A stretch of DNA of 64,000 bases, from assembly GCA_046290465.1 (NCBI GenBank), contig JBKAGP010000001.1, positions 4,768,001 to 4,832,000 on the forward strand. Direction: 5' to 3'. This stretch comes from Planctomycetota bacterium (lineage in GTDB: Bacteria; Planctomycetota; UBA1135; UBA2386). The position numbers and the translations under genes were made by a program. Below, piece after piece: positions 19,425 to 29,464 of the stretch. The notes under the pieces were generated by a model that did not search any database, was not told where the DNA came from, and worked only from the letters and a program-made list of their open reading frames with translations. Positions within the stretch are counted from its first letter, which is position 1. Every line of letters begins with the position of its first letter.

Positions 19425-20360
19425 ATGCTGATCCTCGCCGCCGTCCTGTCCTCGTTCGCCACCGCCGTCGTCCCGCAGGACCCGACGCCATCCCGGCCGT
19501 CGCCAGCCACCGAGCTCCCGCGGCAACGCCGCCAACCGGAGGTCTACAAGCAGGTCGGCGACGTCGAGCTGCGCATCGAACTGGTCGCGCCCGACGGGCA
19601 CACCAGCAAGGACCGTCGCCCGGCGATCGTGTTCTTCTTCGGCGGCGGCTGGAACGGCGGCACGACCGAGCAGTTCCGGCCGCAGGCCGCCTACCTGGCC
19701 TCGCGCGGCATGGTCGCCGCGCTCGCCGACTATCGCGTCCGGTCGCGCCACGGGACGACGCCGTTCGCGTGCGTCGCCGACGGCAAGAGCGCGGTGCGCT
19801 GGCTGCGCACCAACGCCGCCCGGCTCGGCATCGACCCGGGCCGGATCGCGGCCGGCGGGGGTTCGGCCGGCGGGCACGTCGCCGCCGCGACCGGCGTGCT
19901 CGCCGGACTCGACGAGCCGTCGGAGGACCGCGCGGTCTCGTCGGTGCCCGACGCCCTGGTGCTGTTCAATCCGGTCTTCGACAACGGCCCGGACGGCTAC
20001 GGCCACGCGCGGGTCAAGCCGCGGTGGCGGCAGATCTCGCCGTTGCACAACCTCCGCAAGGGGGCGCCGCCGACCATCGTGTTCCTCGGCAGCAAGGACA
20101 AGCTGATCCCGGTCGCCACCGCGCGCGCCTACCGGAGCCGCATGCAGCAGGTCGGGAGCCGCTGCGACCTGCACGTCTACGACGGCCAGCCGCACGGCTT
20201 CTTCAGCCGGGCGCGCAGCGCGCGCTGCTACGCGTTGACCGTGCGCGAGATGGACCGCTTCCTGGCCTCGCTCGGATGGCTCGATGGCGAGCCGACCATC
20301 GAGGTGCCTGACATCGAGGTGCCCGACATCGAGGTGCCGAGGCCGCGCGGCAAGCGCTGA
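19425..20360 (+). CDS. Secreted alpha/beta hydrolase (esterase, BD-FAE-like)
   Basis: FFGGGW, DYRV, GGSAGG, GQPHGFF; C-terminal 15-bp repeat (IEVPD x3) at 20297-20338. Confidence 0.88.
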   Translation: MLILAAVLSSFATAVVPQDPTPSRPSPATELPRQRRQPEVYKQVGDVELRIELVAPDGHTSKDRRPAIVFFFGGGWNGGTTEQFRPQAAYLASRGMVAALADYRVRSRHGTTPFACVADGKSAVRWLRTNAARLGIDPGRIAAGGGSAGGHVAAATGVLAGLDEPSEDRAVSSVPDALVLFNPVFDNGPDGYGHARVKPRWRQISPLHNLRKGAPPTIVFLGSKDKLIPVATARAYRSRMQQVGSRCDLHVYDGQPHGFFSRARSARCYALTVREMDRFLASLGWLDGEPTIEVPDIEVPDIEVPRPRGKR

Positions 20361-20366
20361 CGCCGG

Positions 20367-22187
20367 CTACCGGAGCCGCACGTCCTGCGCGGGACCGCCG
20401 ACGCGTGCGTCCCTGCTGACGATCTCGGTCGGTGCGTCGACCCCCGCTTTGACCAAGAACGTGCGGCCCTTCGGCGCGCCAGGAGCAAAGGTCCGGCCGC
20501 GGATGCGCACGGTGTAGAGCACCTCATCGGTGTTGGCGTCGAGGACCTGCACGACCGGGTCGTCGACGTCGAAGCGCAGCTCGCCGAGCTGGCCCCACGA
20601 CGGCGGCGCGTAGTTGTCGAACTGCGAGATCGTGCGCGGCCAGCCGACGTACTGCCTGGCTGCCGGGTCGGTGACGTCGACGTTGCGCGGCCAGCACTCC
20701 ATCGTGATCTCGCGCGTCGCGGTGTCGAGCCTCACGATGCCGAACCCGGCTGCGCGCGTGTTGAGCACGTTGCCGGCGGGCTTCTTCTCGGGATTGGCGG
20801 CGGCGAAGTTGGTGACCTTGTTGGCGAAGCCGTCGAGGTGGTCGCCCGTGTATGCGGGTGCCCCCGGTTCGCGGTTGGCGCCTGACTCGAGCGGTTCCCA
20901 CCAGCGCAGGTAGAGGTTGGCGATCGACGGCACGCAGAACGACCAGATCGCGTCGCGGTGCTCGTCGATCCCGTGCTGGAAGATCGTCGCCAGGTGCTGG
21001 TCGCCGCCGCAGTGGAACGCGAACGCCTTGCGCAGCGCGGCGACGGCGCGGTTGCGGCCGGACTGCGGCCAGCCGTTGGAGTCCATGTCCGCGTGCAGGC
21101 GGCCGTTGGCGGTGCCGTGGATGTGGGCGCCGCCGCAGAAGATCGTCGCCGACAGCGCGACCTTCATCTTTGCGTGCCGCCAGTCCTGCGCCCAGCGATC
21201 GAGGAACGCGAGCTGCCGTTCGCCGAGCAGCACCGCGCCGTCGATGTCGACGCTGGCCGGGTCGTACTCGGGGTTGCGGATGTGGTCGGGTCGCGGCCCT
21301 TGCTTTGGGACCTTGCCGGCCGGGCCGGTCTTGAACTTGCGGTCCTCGAGGATCGCGAAGTCGACGTTGCCCCAGTTGAGGTTGGTGAACCAGACGCCGA
21401 TGCCCTGGCCGATCGTGTGCGGGTCGACCGGGTCGGGGAAGTGGCTGGTCTGCGCGCGCTCGACCTCCTGCACGTAGACGCCGGGGCGCTTGTAGCCGCC
21501 GTCGGCGGCGCCGCCGAGCAGCGCGACCTTGCCGCTCTCGCCCCACAGGTTGGGCTGGCCGGCGTCGTGGTCGTCGGGCAGGCACAGCGTCGGCCGGTCC
21601 TTGATGATCTCGCCGAACGCGCGGCCGAACGCGAGCCAGGCCGCGAGGTGGCGATGGTGGTCGTAGACCTGGTCCCCGGAGAAGAACAGCAGATCCGCGT
21701 CGACCTTCTTGACGTTGTCGATCAGGTCCTGGCGCGAGCGATCGCCGCCGTGCGCCGGGCGGATCGAGTTGCCGGTGAAGCATGCGACGACGACCTCGGC
21801 TTCGTCCTTCGGGTTCTTGCGCACGATGCCCTCGTAGGTCGCCTCGGTGCCGTGCGCGACGCGGTAGCGGCAGGCGCGGCCGTCGTCCCAGCCGTCGACC
21901 CGGAACGGCGCGGTGAAGCCCGGCTCGATCACCTGGGTCTTGGCGACCTCGACCCAGCCGCCGTCGCGTTCGACCTCGAGCCGGACGGTGCGCGGGGCCG
22001 TGTCCGCGAGCGGATACAGTTGGGCGGTCAGCTTGAGCGTGCCGTCGTGCACGGTGTAGAGCGCGAAGCAGATCGCGTCCTTGGCCGCGACCTCGGGGAT
22101 GCTCAGGTCGACGCGGCGCTGCGCGCGGGCGCCACCGGCGACGAGGAGGCCGACGGCCGCGATGGCCAGGGCTTGCGTGCGGATCAT
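20367..22187 (-). CDS. PhoD-like metallophosphoesterase, secreted
   Basis: FSGDQVY, PDDHD, EDRKFK, DSNGWPQSGR, GDQH; signal peptide from ATG 22187. Confidence 0.82.
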   Translation of the reverse strand: MIRTQALAIAAVGLLVAGGARAQRRVDLSIPEVAAKDAICFALYTVHDGTLKLTAQLYPLADTAPRTVRLEVERDGGWVEVAKTQVIEPGFTAPFRVDGWDDGRACRYRVAHGTEATYEGIVRKNPKDEAEVVVACFTGNSIRPAHGGDRSRQDLIDNVKKVDADLLFFSGDQVYDHHRHLAAWLAFGRAFGEIIKDRPTLCLPDDHDAGQPNLWGESGKVALLGGAADGGYKRPGVYVQEVERAQTSHFPDPVDPHTIGQGIGVWFTNLNWGNVDFAILEDRKFKTGPAGKVPKQGPRPDHIRNPEYDPASVDIDGAVLLGERQLAFLDRWAQDWRHAKMKVALSATIFCGGAHIHGTANGRLHADMDSNGWPQSGRNRAVAALRKAFAFHCGGDQHLATIFQHGIDEHRDAIWSFCVPSIANLYLRWWEPLESGANREPGAPAYTGDHLDGFANKVTNFAAANPEKKPAGNVLNTRAAGFGIVRLDTATREITMECWPRNVDVTDPAARQYVGWPRTISQFDNYAPPSWGQLGELRFDVDDPVVQVLDANTDEVLYTVRIRGRTFAPGAPKGRTFLVKAGVDAPTEIVSRDARVGGPAQDVRLR

Positions 22188-23083
22188 GGGTTCGTGGATA
22201 CCAGGGGGGCGGGCTTCGGGCGAGGGGCGGGCGCCGGCGTCGTCGCGTCGCGCGAGCGGGCCGGGCGCCAGTGGCAGAACAAGTACAGCGGGATCAGCGC
22301 GTGGGGGGCGCGCAGCACCGCTTCGTGCACGAACTGGTCGGCACCCCAGTGGTGCAGCGCGGTCGACATGCCCGCGACCGGGCGTGCGAGCGCGGTCAGC
22401 AGGCCCCAGAAGGCCGCATACAGCGCGCAGGGGCGGCGCAGCGCAGGCGCCAGCAGGCCGACGCACGCAGCGACGTCGAGCACGCCGGCGACGCGCAGGA
22501 TCGTCGTGGTCGCCTCGTGCGAGGTGCCGAGGATCACCGTGGTCATGCCGTGGAAGTTCGGCGGCGTCGGCCACAGACCGAGCGCGTAGACGCCGTGGCC
22601 GGCGAACACCGCGACGAACGCGAGCATCGCGACGGCGACGGTCACCTGGTGGCGCACACCGATGGTCAGCGCGAGCACCAGCAGGACCGGGCTCAGCACC
22701 TGGCCGCCGTGTTCGACCAGCGTCGGCAGTTGGCGCAGGTCCTGCACGTAGTTCGCGAACGCGACGGTCGCGAGGCCGCAGGCGCCGATCAGCAGGGCCG
22801 CCTGCTGCAGCCGCGCCCTCGGGGTGACGGTCAGCGACAGCACCGTGCACGCCAGATACGGCCAGAACATCGCCGCGATGCAGCGCTGCACCCAGCCGTC
22901 GTTCGAGCCCGATCCGACGAACGCGTCCCAGTCAGCGTCGACCAGCGCGTAGGTCGACTCCTGCCACAGCAGCACGCCGTACGGGCCTTCCCAGTAGTAG
23001 TGCTGCCAGGTCCAGCCGGCGAAGCACAGCAGGGCGGCGAAGCGCAGCAGGAGCAGCAGCAGGTTGTCGCGGTCGGGCTTCAC
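22184..23083 (-). CDS. Integral membrane protein, unknown function
   Basis: About 7 hydrophobic segments; 4-nt overlap with the phosphoesterase gene; start uncertain (GTG 23083 or ATG 23152). Confidence 0.7.
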   Translation of the reverse strand: MKPDRDNLLLLLLRFAALLCFAGWTWQHYYWEGPYGVLLWQESTYALVDADWDAFVGSGSNDGWVQRCIAAMFWPYLACTVLSLTVTPRARLQQAALLIGACGLATVAFANYVQDLRQLPTLVEHGGQVLSPVLLVLALTIGVRHQVTVAVAMLAFVAVFAGHGVYALGLWPTPPNFHGMTTVILGTSHEATTTILRVAGVLDVAACVGLLAPALRRPCALYAAFWGLLTALARPVAGMSTALHHWGADQFVHEAVLRAPHALIPLYLFCHWRPARSRDATTPAPAPRPKPAPLVSTNP

Positions 23084-23291
23084 GAGGACGTCGGAGAACG
23101 TCCAGGATCCGGCCGCGGCCGGCTGCAGGCACGGATTCCATCCGAAATCCACGGGACGGTCCCCGTCCGTTCGCGGCCGGTGCCGGGCGGCAGGCCATCA
23201 CGCGCCGGCTGTGCTTCGTGTCGTCCTTGCAGGGGCGCGAACGTCGCGGGATTCGTGGATACCCTGCGGTCGTTCCGGCAGGTAGGTCTCC

Positions 23292-23825
23292 ATGCACAGC
23301 ATCGCAGCATCCGCGGACGACTGGCCTGCGGCCGAGACCGGCGGGGTCGCCGCCGCCGCCGTCGTTCGCGAACAGGCGCGGCCGCTGTTCCGCTACGCGC
23401 GCATGCTCGGCGCCGACGCGGAGCTTGCCGACGACCTGTGCCAGGAGGCGTTCGTCATCGCCTGGCAGAAGGGCAAGCAGGAGCTGCCGGCGGCGGCGTT
23501 GGCGACGTTCTTGCGGCGCGCGGTCCGCAACCTCTGGCTGCAGCAGCGGCGCAGCGATCGGCGCAAGGAGCGCGCGATCGCGGCTGCCGCCGAGCGGCTG
23601 TGGTCGCGCGAGGGCGGCGACGAAGGCGGCGAGCTGCTGGCGCGCACGAAGGCGTGTCTGGCGCGGCTCGAGGGGCGCGCGGCGCGCGCGATCGACCTCG
23701 CATACGGCGAAGGCGCGAGCCGGGAGCAGATCGCGACCGCGCTCGCGATGAAGCCGAACGGCGTCAAGACCTTGCTGGCGCGCACGCGTCAATGGCTCGA
23801 ACAATGCATCCGGAGGCAGTCGTGA
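23292..23825 (+). CDS. ECF sigma factor
   Basis: ADDLCQEAF (region 2); EQIATAL...VKTLLARTR (region 4). Confidence 0.9.
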   Translation: MHSIAASADDWPAAETGGVAAAAVVREQARPLFRYARMLGADAELADDLCQEAFVIAWQKGKQELPAAALATFLRRAVRNLWLQQRRSDRRKERAIAAAAERLWSREGGDEGGELLARTKACLARLEGRAARAIDLAYGEGASREQIATALAMKPNGVKTLLARTRQWLEQCIRRQS

Positions 23826-25012
23826 ATCCCATCGAAACAGCCCGTTCGCGTCGTCTGGACGCGGTCTTGACCGAGGCGGTCGGTCGCGACGTTCCGTCCG
23901 ATCTCGAAGCGCGCATCCTGGCGCGTCTGGGCACGACCGGCGGCGCGCGCTCCCGTGCGTCGCGCTGGCTGGTCGCCGCCGCGCTGCTGCTCGGCGGTGG
24001 CATCGTGCTCGCGACCGCGAGCCTGCAGGGTGGCAGCCGCGGTGCCGCGCAGGACCCCGAGGCCGTGCTGGTGACGACCGCCGATGTCGCGGCGTCGATC
24101 GAGCCGGTCGACGCGCCGGCGGCCGACGAGGTGCAGGCCCGCCTGCTGCTGCTCGCCAAGGCGAACGACGCGAATCTCGCGATCGCGAACGGGGTGCAGG
24201 GGCATTCGCAGACGGTCGTGACCGGCATGAGCCTGCAGACGGCGCTGCGGGCGATCGCGCGCGACGTCGGGGCGCCGGTCGCGGAATGCGACGGCATCTT
24301 CGCGGTCGGCGTCGGCGCGAAGCTCACGGCCGGGCAGGCGCGCGTGACGCTGCACACCGGCGAGGTGTCGGTGCGCGCGTTCTTCAAGCTGCTGCACGCG
24401 CGCTGTGGGGTCGGCTTCGTCGTCGGCGACGATGTCGTCGGCCGCGTCAAGGTCGACGTCGACGACGTGGCGTGGCGCGACCTGCTCGACCTCGTCGCGA
24501 AGCGGTGCAACTTCGGCGTGGTTGGTCGCGGCAGCGTGCTCGCGATCACGAGGCGGCAGGCCAGGGTCGAGCAGCGCGTGTTCTTCCACTTCGAGGACAC
24601 GTCGATGACGAAGATCGTCACGACCTGTTCGAAGATCGCCGGCCTCAACACGATCATCGATGCGGGCGTCGACGGCCGCCTGACCCTGCTGACGCGAAAC
24701 GCGGACGCCCGCGAGGCCTTGCGCGTGGCCGCCGCCTGCGTCGGCGCCGACGTCGACGCCGGCAAGCTGGTGCGGATCCAGCCGCGGCCGGCAGACGCCC
24801 GGACCGTGTCCGCGACTGCCGAGTCGTGCCAACTGGCGACCGAGGCAAAGCGCTGGGTCCAGCAGCTGCCCGACATCGACCTCACCTGCACCGCCAAGGC
24901 CACCATGTCCGTCTTCGTGCACCAGGCCGACATCCGCGAACTGCTGCGCGCTGCCGCCACCGCCACCGGCCACCACCTCCAGTTCGACGACACCACCTTC
25001 ACCCTCCACTGA
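23822..25012 (+). CDS. Putative anti-sigma factor: single TM plus repeated secretin-N0/STN-like domains
   Basis: GTGA overlap with the sigma gene; DLEARILARL then a TM helix; GFVVGDDVVGRVKVDVDDVAWRDLLDLV and related repeats. Confidence 0.65.
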   Translation: MNPIETARSRRLDAVLTEAVGRDVPSDLEARILARLGTTGGARSRASRWLVAAALLLGGGIVLATASLQGGSRGAAQDPEAVLVTTADVAASIEPVDAPAADEVQARLLLLAKANDANLAIANGVQGHSQTVVTGMSLQTALRAIARDVGAPVAECDGIFAVGVGAKLTAGQARVTLHTGEVSVRAFFKLLHARCGVGFVVGDDVVGRVKVDVDDVAWRDLLDLVAKRCNFGVVGRGSVLAITRRQARVEQRVFFHFEDTSMTKIVTTCSKIAGLNTIIDAGVDGRLTLLTRNADAREALRVAAACVGADVDAGKLVRIQPRPADARTVSATAESCQLATEAKRWVQQLPDIDLTCTAKATMSVFVHQADIRELLRAAATATGHHLQFDDTTFTLH

Positions 25013-25106
25013 CCAACTGGCGCAACATGAACCCGGTTCCGTATGCGCCACTTGGTGCCGCATACGGAACCGGGTTCATGTTGCGCCAGTTGGTCAGTGG
25101 AGGGTG
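25000..25106. repeat. REP-like palindrome, copy 2 (arms in opposite arrangement, variant sequence)
   Basis: Perfect 48-bp arms 25000-25047 and 25059-25106. Confidence 0.9.
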
Positions 25107-25109
25107 GCG

Positions 25110-25125
25110 CGGTACGCGGGTTGCA
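25110..25125 (+). promoter_or_regulatory. Sigma-54 promoter candidate
   Basis: CGGTACGCGGGTTGCA = GG-N10-GC; predicted +1 near 25136, ATG at 25141. Confidence 0.45.
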
Positions 25126-25140
25126 TATCGGATGCACTGC

Positions 25141-27165
25141 ATGTGCCCTCTGTCGCTCGTCCGCTGCACGCTGGTGCCGCTGGTTCTCGTCGTCGTCGCG
25201 GCGGCGCAACACGACGAACCCCGATTGCTCGACCTGCGCGCGCCGGCGGGGGATGCGGTCGTCGATCCGGAGGGGACCACCGAGCGGTGGCTGAACTGCC
25301 GGATCGTCGACGCGATCACCGGGGAGCCGCTGCCCGATGCGGAGGTGCTGCTGATGGCCGAACAGAACACGCCGATCGCCGGCGAGTTCGCGCCGGCGAT
25401 GCGCCTCGAGGCCGACGACGAGGGCTTCGTCAGCGCTCGCATCGACGAGGGGGTCGCCGGCTACCGGCCATGGAACTGGCTCTGCGTGCGCGCCCCCGGC
25501 TACGGCCAATACATGCAGATGGGCGTGCTCGACCCCGAGATCGTGCGGCTTGCGCCGGCGATCCCGGTGCCGGTGCAGGTGCGCGACTGGGCGGACCGGC
25601 CGGTCGAGAACGCGCTGGTCGGCTTCTGCGCCGGCTGCGGCCACACCCAGGACCTCGTGCACGGCCGCACCGGTGCCGACGGTGTGCTGACGATGACCGG
25701 CATCGACCTCTGGAACGGCATCGCCGACTTCTACGTCGTGCACCGCGACCTCGCGCTCGGCTACGACAGCCCGGAGTGGTTTCCCGGGGCGCAGCCGATG
25801 GTGCTGCGCGTCGGCGCCGGGGTGCCGCACGAGGGTATGCTGGTCGGCGCCGACGGCCAGCCGGTCGCCGGCGCGACGGTCGGCATCTCCGGCGTGCACC
25901 GCGGCCCGTGGGCGCGAACGGCCGCGGACGGCACGTTCCGTCTGTATGGACTCGAGAGCCGCAGCGACCTCTGGGTGCACGTCGACGGCTGGCGGCTGCT
26001 GTTCGAGGAGGATGGGGTGCAGCACATGCGCTTGAAGCTGCCACCGACGCCGGACCGGCTGCCGGACGACGACCGTGCCGAGGTGCTCGAGCTGACCGAC
26101 GACCGGCGCGAGGCGCGCGATCGACAGCGCGAGCACGAACGCGAACTGCAGGAGCGCCGTGAGCAGGCGTGGCCGCGTGTGCCGGTGCGCGTCGTCGGCC
26201 TGCCGCAGGACGGCGGCGTCACGCTGCGCACCCGTCGCCAGAGCTGGGATCTCGACGACGCGATCGAGGTCGGCGAACCGGTGGCGCTGCCGGACGAGCC
26301 GTTCGTGTTCGAGCTGGCCACCGAGGGCCGCTCGCGCGTCGTGGCCGTGGACCGTTCCGACGCGCTTGCCGACGGCGTCGTGCGGCTGCACTGGTACCGC
26401 CCGACCATGGTCGAAGGCAGGATCCTCAACTCGGCCGGCTGGCCGGCGCCGGTGCGGGTCGCGGTCACGCGCCCCGGCTCGACCGCACCCGAGCGCGGCG
26501 CGGGCTGGCACGCGAGCAAGGGGGCGCTGTCGCTGCCGACCGCCGAGTGCGGCACGCGCTGGCTGGTGATCGAGGAGCAGATGACCGACGTGCGCGTGAT
26601 CCTGACGATCGAGCTGCCAGAACGCGGCGACGACGCCTGCTTCGACATCGGAACGATCACGATGCCCGAGGAGCCGGCGCACCGGTTCGAGCGGCCGGAC
26701 GGCACGCCGCTGGTCGACGGATCGGTGCGGCTGCTGCGCGCCGGCTGGACCGATCTCGATCGCGGTTGGGCGTTCGAGGCCGGACCCGACGGCAACTTCT
26801 GGCTGCCCGAACTGCTGCCGGGCGACGCGCTGCTGGTGCGGTCGCGGCTGCCCGAGGCCGCCGACCTCGACGGCGCCGGCGTGGTCGACCTGCCGACGCG
26901 ATTCGTGATCGGGCACGACGCGCCCGTCGTGTTCCGCATGCACGGCGGCGAGCTGCGCTTCGACGTCGACACCGGCGGGGGCACGGCGTATGCGACGCTC
27001 GGCGACCGCGTGGCGCCGTTGCGCGGCGCGACCGTCGTGCGCGGGCTGCAGGTCGGCCGGCACGACGTCTTCCTCGCCGCCTACGGACGTCGCTCGGCGG
27101 CGCTCACGGTCGACGTGGTCGCTGGCGAACGCCGACGCGTGCGCGCGGTGCTGCCCAAGCGCTGA
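25141..27165 (+). CDS. Secreted protein with carboxypeptidase-regulatory-like (Ig-like) repeats
   Basis: Signal peptide; repeated VDAITGEPLPDAEV / VRDWADRPVENALV / GADGQPVAGATV...TAADGTFRL; start 25132 or 25141. Confidence 0.75.
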   Translation: MCPLSLVRCTLVPLVLVVVAAAQHDEPRLLDLRAPAGDAVVDPEGTTERWLNCRIVDAITGEPLPDAEVLLMAEQNTPIAGEFAPAMRLEADDEGFVSARIDEGVAGYRPWNWLCVRAPGYGQYMQMGVLDPEIVRLAPAIPVPVQVRDWADRPVENALVGFCAGCGHTQDLVHGRTGADGVLTMTGIDLWNGIADFYVVHRDLALGYDSPEWFPGAQPMVLRVGAGVPHEGMLVGADGQPVAGATVGISGVHRGPWARTAADGTFRLYGLESRSDLWVHVDGWRLLFEEDGVQHMRLKLPPTPDRLPDDDRAEVLELTDDRREARDRQREHERELQERREQAWPRVPVRVVGLPQDGGVTLRTRRQSWDLDDAIEVGEPVALPDEPFVFELATEGRSRVVAVDRSDALADGVVRLHWYRPTMVEGRILNSAGWPAPVRVAVTRPGSTAPERGAGWHASKGALSLPTAECGTRWLVIEEQMTDVRVILTIELPERGDDACFDIGTITMPEEPAHRFERPDGTPLVDGSVRLLRAGWTDLDRGWAFEAGPDGNFWLPELLPGDALLVRSRLPEAADLDGAGVVDLPTRFVIGHDAPVVFRMHGGELRFDVDTGGGTAYATLGDRVAPLRGATVVRGLQVGRHDVFLAAYGRRSAALTVDVVAGERRRVRAVLPKR

Positions 27166-27242
27166 TCGCTGCGGTTCGAACGCGATCCGACGATCCGCCG
27201 GATTTCGCGACCCCTTTGGCGCCGCCCCGGCCATGGTCTTGC

Positions 27243-27797
27243 ATGATCGACCAGATCGTGCAGAGCCGCGGCGAACCTTCCGGAGCGCAAGGCGTAGCGC
27301 CGGCCGACGGCACCGCCGCCGGCGAACTGATCCGCCGCCACTGGCAGTCGGTGCGCCGCTACCTGCGCGTGCTCGGCGCCGAGGCGGCGACCGCCGAGGA
27401 CCTCGCCCAGGAGGCGTTCGTCGTGGCGCTGCAGAAGGGGATCGAAGACCGTGGCGCGGCGACGGCGGCATGGCTGCGCCGCACCGCCCGTAACCTGTTC
27501 TGCAACCAACTGCGTCGCCGCAGCCCGGTCGCGATGGAGGTGGCCGAAGCGGTCTGGGAGGAGCACGGCGACGACGACGAACGCCAGCAAGCCTTGCGCG
27601 ACTGCCTGCCGCTGCTGACCGAGCGCAGTCGCATGGCGCTCGACCTGGCCTACGGCAAACGGCAGTCGTGGGCGCAGATCGGCGCCGTGCTCGCGATGCA
27701 GCCGGGTGGCGTCAAGACGCTGCTGCGGCGCTGTCGCGAGACCCTGCGCGCATGCATCGAACGGGCGACGCAAGCCGGAACGGAGGACGAACGATGA
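27243..27797 (+). CDS. ECF sigma factor (paralog of 23292)
   Basis: AEDLAQEAF, WLRRTARNL, QIGAVL...VKTLLRRCR. Confidence 0.9.
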   Translation: MIDQIVQSRGEPSGAQGVAPADGTAAGELIRRHWQSVRRYLRVLGAEAATAEDLAQEAFVVALQKGIEDRGAATAAWLRRTARNLFCNQLRRRSPVAMEVAEAVWEEHGDDDERQQALRDCLPLLTERSRMALDLAYGKRQSWAQIGAVLAMQPGGVKTLLRRCRETLRACIERATQAGTEDER

Positions 27798-29389
27798 GCG
27801 AATGTCACGACGAGGATCGCGCGCGCGAGCTGGAGTCCGCGCGAATGCGCGAGTTCGAGGCGCGGCTCGAACAGGAATATGCCGGCGAGCCACCAGTGGC
27901 GGCCATCCTTCGACGCGCGGCCGACGGCCCGCGGCGCCGGTCGCAGGCGGTCGTCTGGCTGACGGCGGCGGTGGTGCTGCTCGCGTTCGGCGTGACGCTC
28001 GCGATGGCGTTCTACTCGCGCGGCGAGGACGACCAGGTCGACGCCCCCCAGGACCGCGAGGCGCCGATCGAGCTGCGTTGGCCCGAGGGCGTGCCGCGTG
28101 TGTATCGACCGGAGCAGCTGCCCGAGGTGCCAGCCGACGTGCCGATGCTCAGCATCGGCATGCCGGTCTACACGGCCGCCGACCTGTCGCGGTTCTCGGC
28201 GCTGCGGCAGCTCGACGTGCGCCTGACGGTGAAGACCCTCGGCCGGCTGATGCGCGAAGGCGAGCCGCCGGCCGGCACCCGTCTGCAGGCGCTGGCGACC
28301 GCACCGCAGCTGCGCCGGGTGTCGTTCGACTTCTACTCGCTCGTGCCGGCGGACCTCGAAGCACTGCGGCACCTCGAACGGCTGCAGGTCCTCGAGCTGT
28401 CGGGCATCGTCGAGATCAACGACGCGCTGCGGGCCGCCGCACAGCGTGGTGGTGCGGTGGAGTGCTCACCGTTCGACGCTGCGTTCGGACGTGCGGTCGC
28501 TGCGCACAGCCGCGCACGCACGCTGCGGACCTCGGGCATGCCGATCACCGCCGCCGGCATCCGTGCACTCGCGGACGCCGGCCTGCACACGTTGACGCTC
28601 GACGCGTCGGGCGGGGTGACCGCCGCGGCGCTCGAGGCACTCGCCGAACTCCGCACGCTGCGACGGCTGACGCTGCGTTCGGTGCACGGCGCCTCGATCG
28701 ACGAGCGTGCCGCCGGCATGGTCACGCGCACCGGCTCGCGCGTCTGGTCGCGCGCAGCGATGCAGCGCATCGCGGAGCTGCCCAACCTCGAGTCGCTGAC
28801 GCTCGACACCTGCTACCTCGACGACGAAGTCGTGGCCGCGCTGCCGCGCACGCTGCTGCGTCTGGACCTGAGCACCTGCTTTGGTGTCGACGCCCGCCTG
28901 GTCGACGTGGTGGCCCGGATGGAACGGCTGCACACCATCGGGTTGCCGCTGCGCATGGCCGAAGCCAAGGACTACACCGGCAGCTGGCGACCGTGGGCGC
29001 GCGATTCGGACCTGCACACGCGCCGCCTCGACGGTGAGGCCGCCGCCGCGATCCTGCGCTCGCGCCCGTGGCGCGAGCTGCTGCTGGACGGGCGCATCCC
29101 CGACCGCGTCGCCGACGCGCTGCGCAACCAGGACGCCCTGCAGTCGCTGATCCTCAACCCGACCGACGGCAGCGCATCGCTGTCGTTCGTGGCGTCCATG
29201 CCCAAGCTCGAGCAGATCTGGTTCGTCGAGTCGGACCTGCTCGAGGACGAGCTGAAGCCGATCAACGCCTGCGCGTCCCTGCAGCGGGTCGTCTTCGAGG
29301 ACTGCACGCACAATCGCGTGATCGGCGTGCCGGTGGACGTGCTGCGCGAAGGCCTCGAGGTGCGCATGGTCACGCGGATGATCAACTGA
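27794..29389 (+). CDS. Putative anti-sigma factor: single TM plus leucine-rich repeats
   Basis: ATGA overlap with the sigma gene; TM WLTAAVVLLAFGVTLAMAF; LxxLxxLxL repeats. Confidence 0.72.
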   Translation: MSECHDEDRARELESARMREFEARLEQEYAGEPPVAAILRRAADGPRRRSQAVVWLTAAVVLLAFGVTLAMAFYSRGEDDQVDAPQDREAPIELRWPEGVPRVYRPEQLPEVPADVPMLSIGMPVYTAADLSRFSALRQLDVRLTVKTLGRLMREGEPPAGTRLQALATAPQLRRVSFDFYSLVPADLEALRHLERLQVLELSGIVEINDALRAAAQRGGAVECSPFDAAFGRAVAAHSRARTLRTSGMPITAAGIRALADAGLHTLTLDASGGVTAAALEALAELRTLRRLTLRSVHGASIDERAAGMVTRTGSRVWSRAAMQRIAELPNLESLTLDTCYLDDEVVAALPRTLLRLDLSTCFGVDARLVDVVARMERLHTIGLPLRMAEAKDYTGSWRPWARDSDLHTRRLDGEAAAAILRSRPWRELLLDGRIPDRVADALRNQDALQSLILNPTDGSASLSFVASMPKLEQIWFVESDLLEDELKPINACASLQRVVFEDCTHNRVIGVPVDVLREGLEVRMVTRMIN

Positions 29390-29464
29390 GCCGCAAGTCC
29401 GTCCGCGTGACCCTCCCGCGTCGGGGCTTTCGCATCCCGACGACCGCCCCCCTAGACTCGCGGC

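Noticed and set aside
25627..25644. CAGCGH as a heme c attachment site
   Set aside because: Spacing is CxxCxH, not CxxCH; at most a metal or disulfide site.
27228..27243. GG-N10-GC sigma-54-like box before the second ECF gene
   Set aside because: Poor -24 match, and the predicted +1 would fall downstream of the ATG at 27243.
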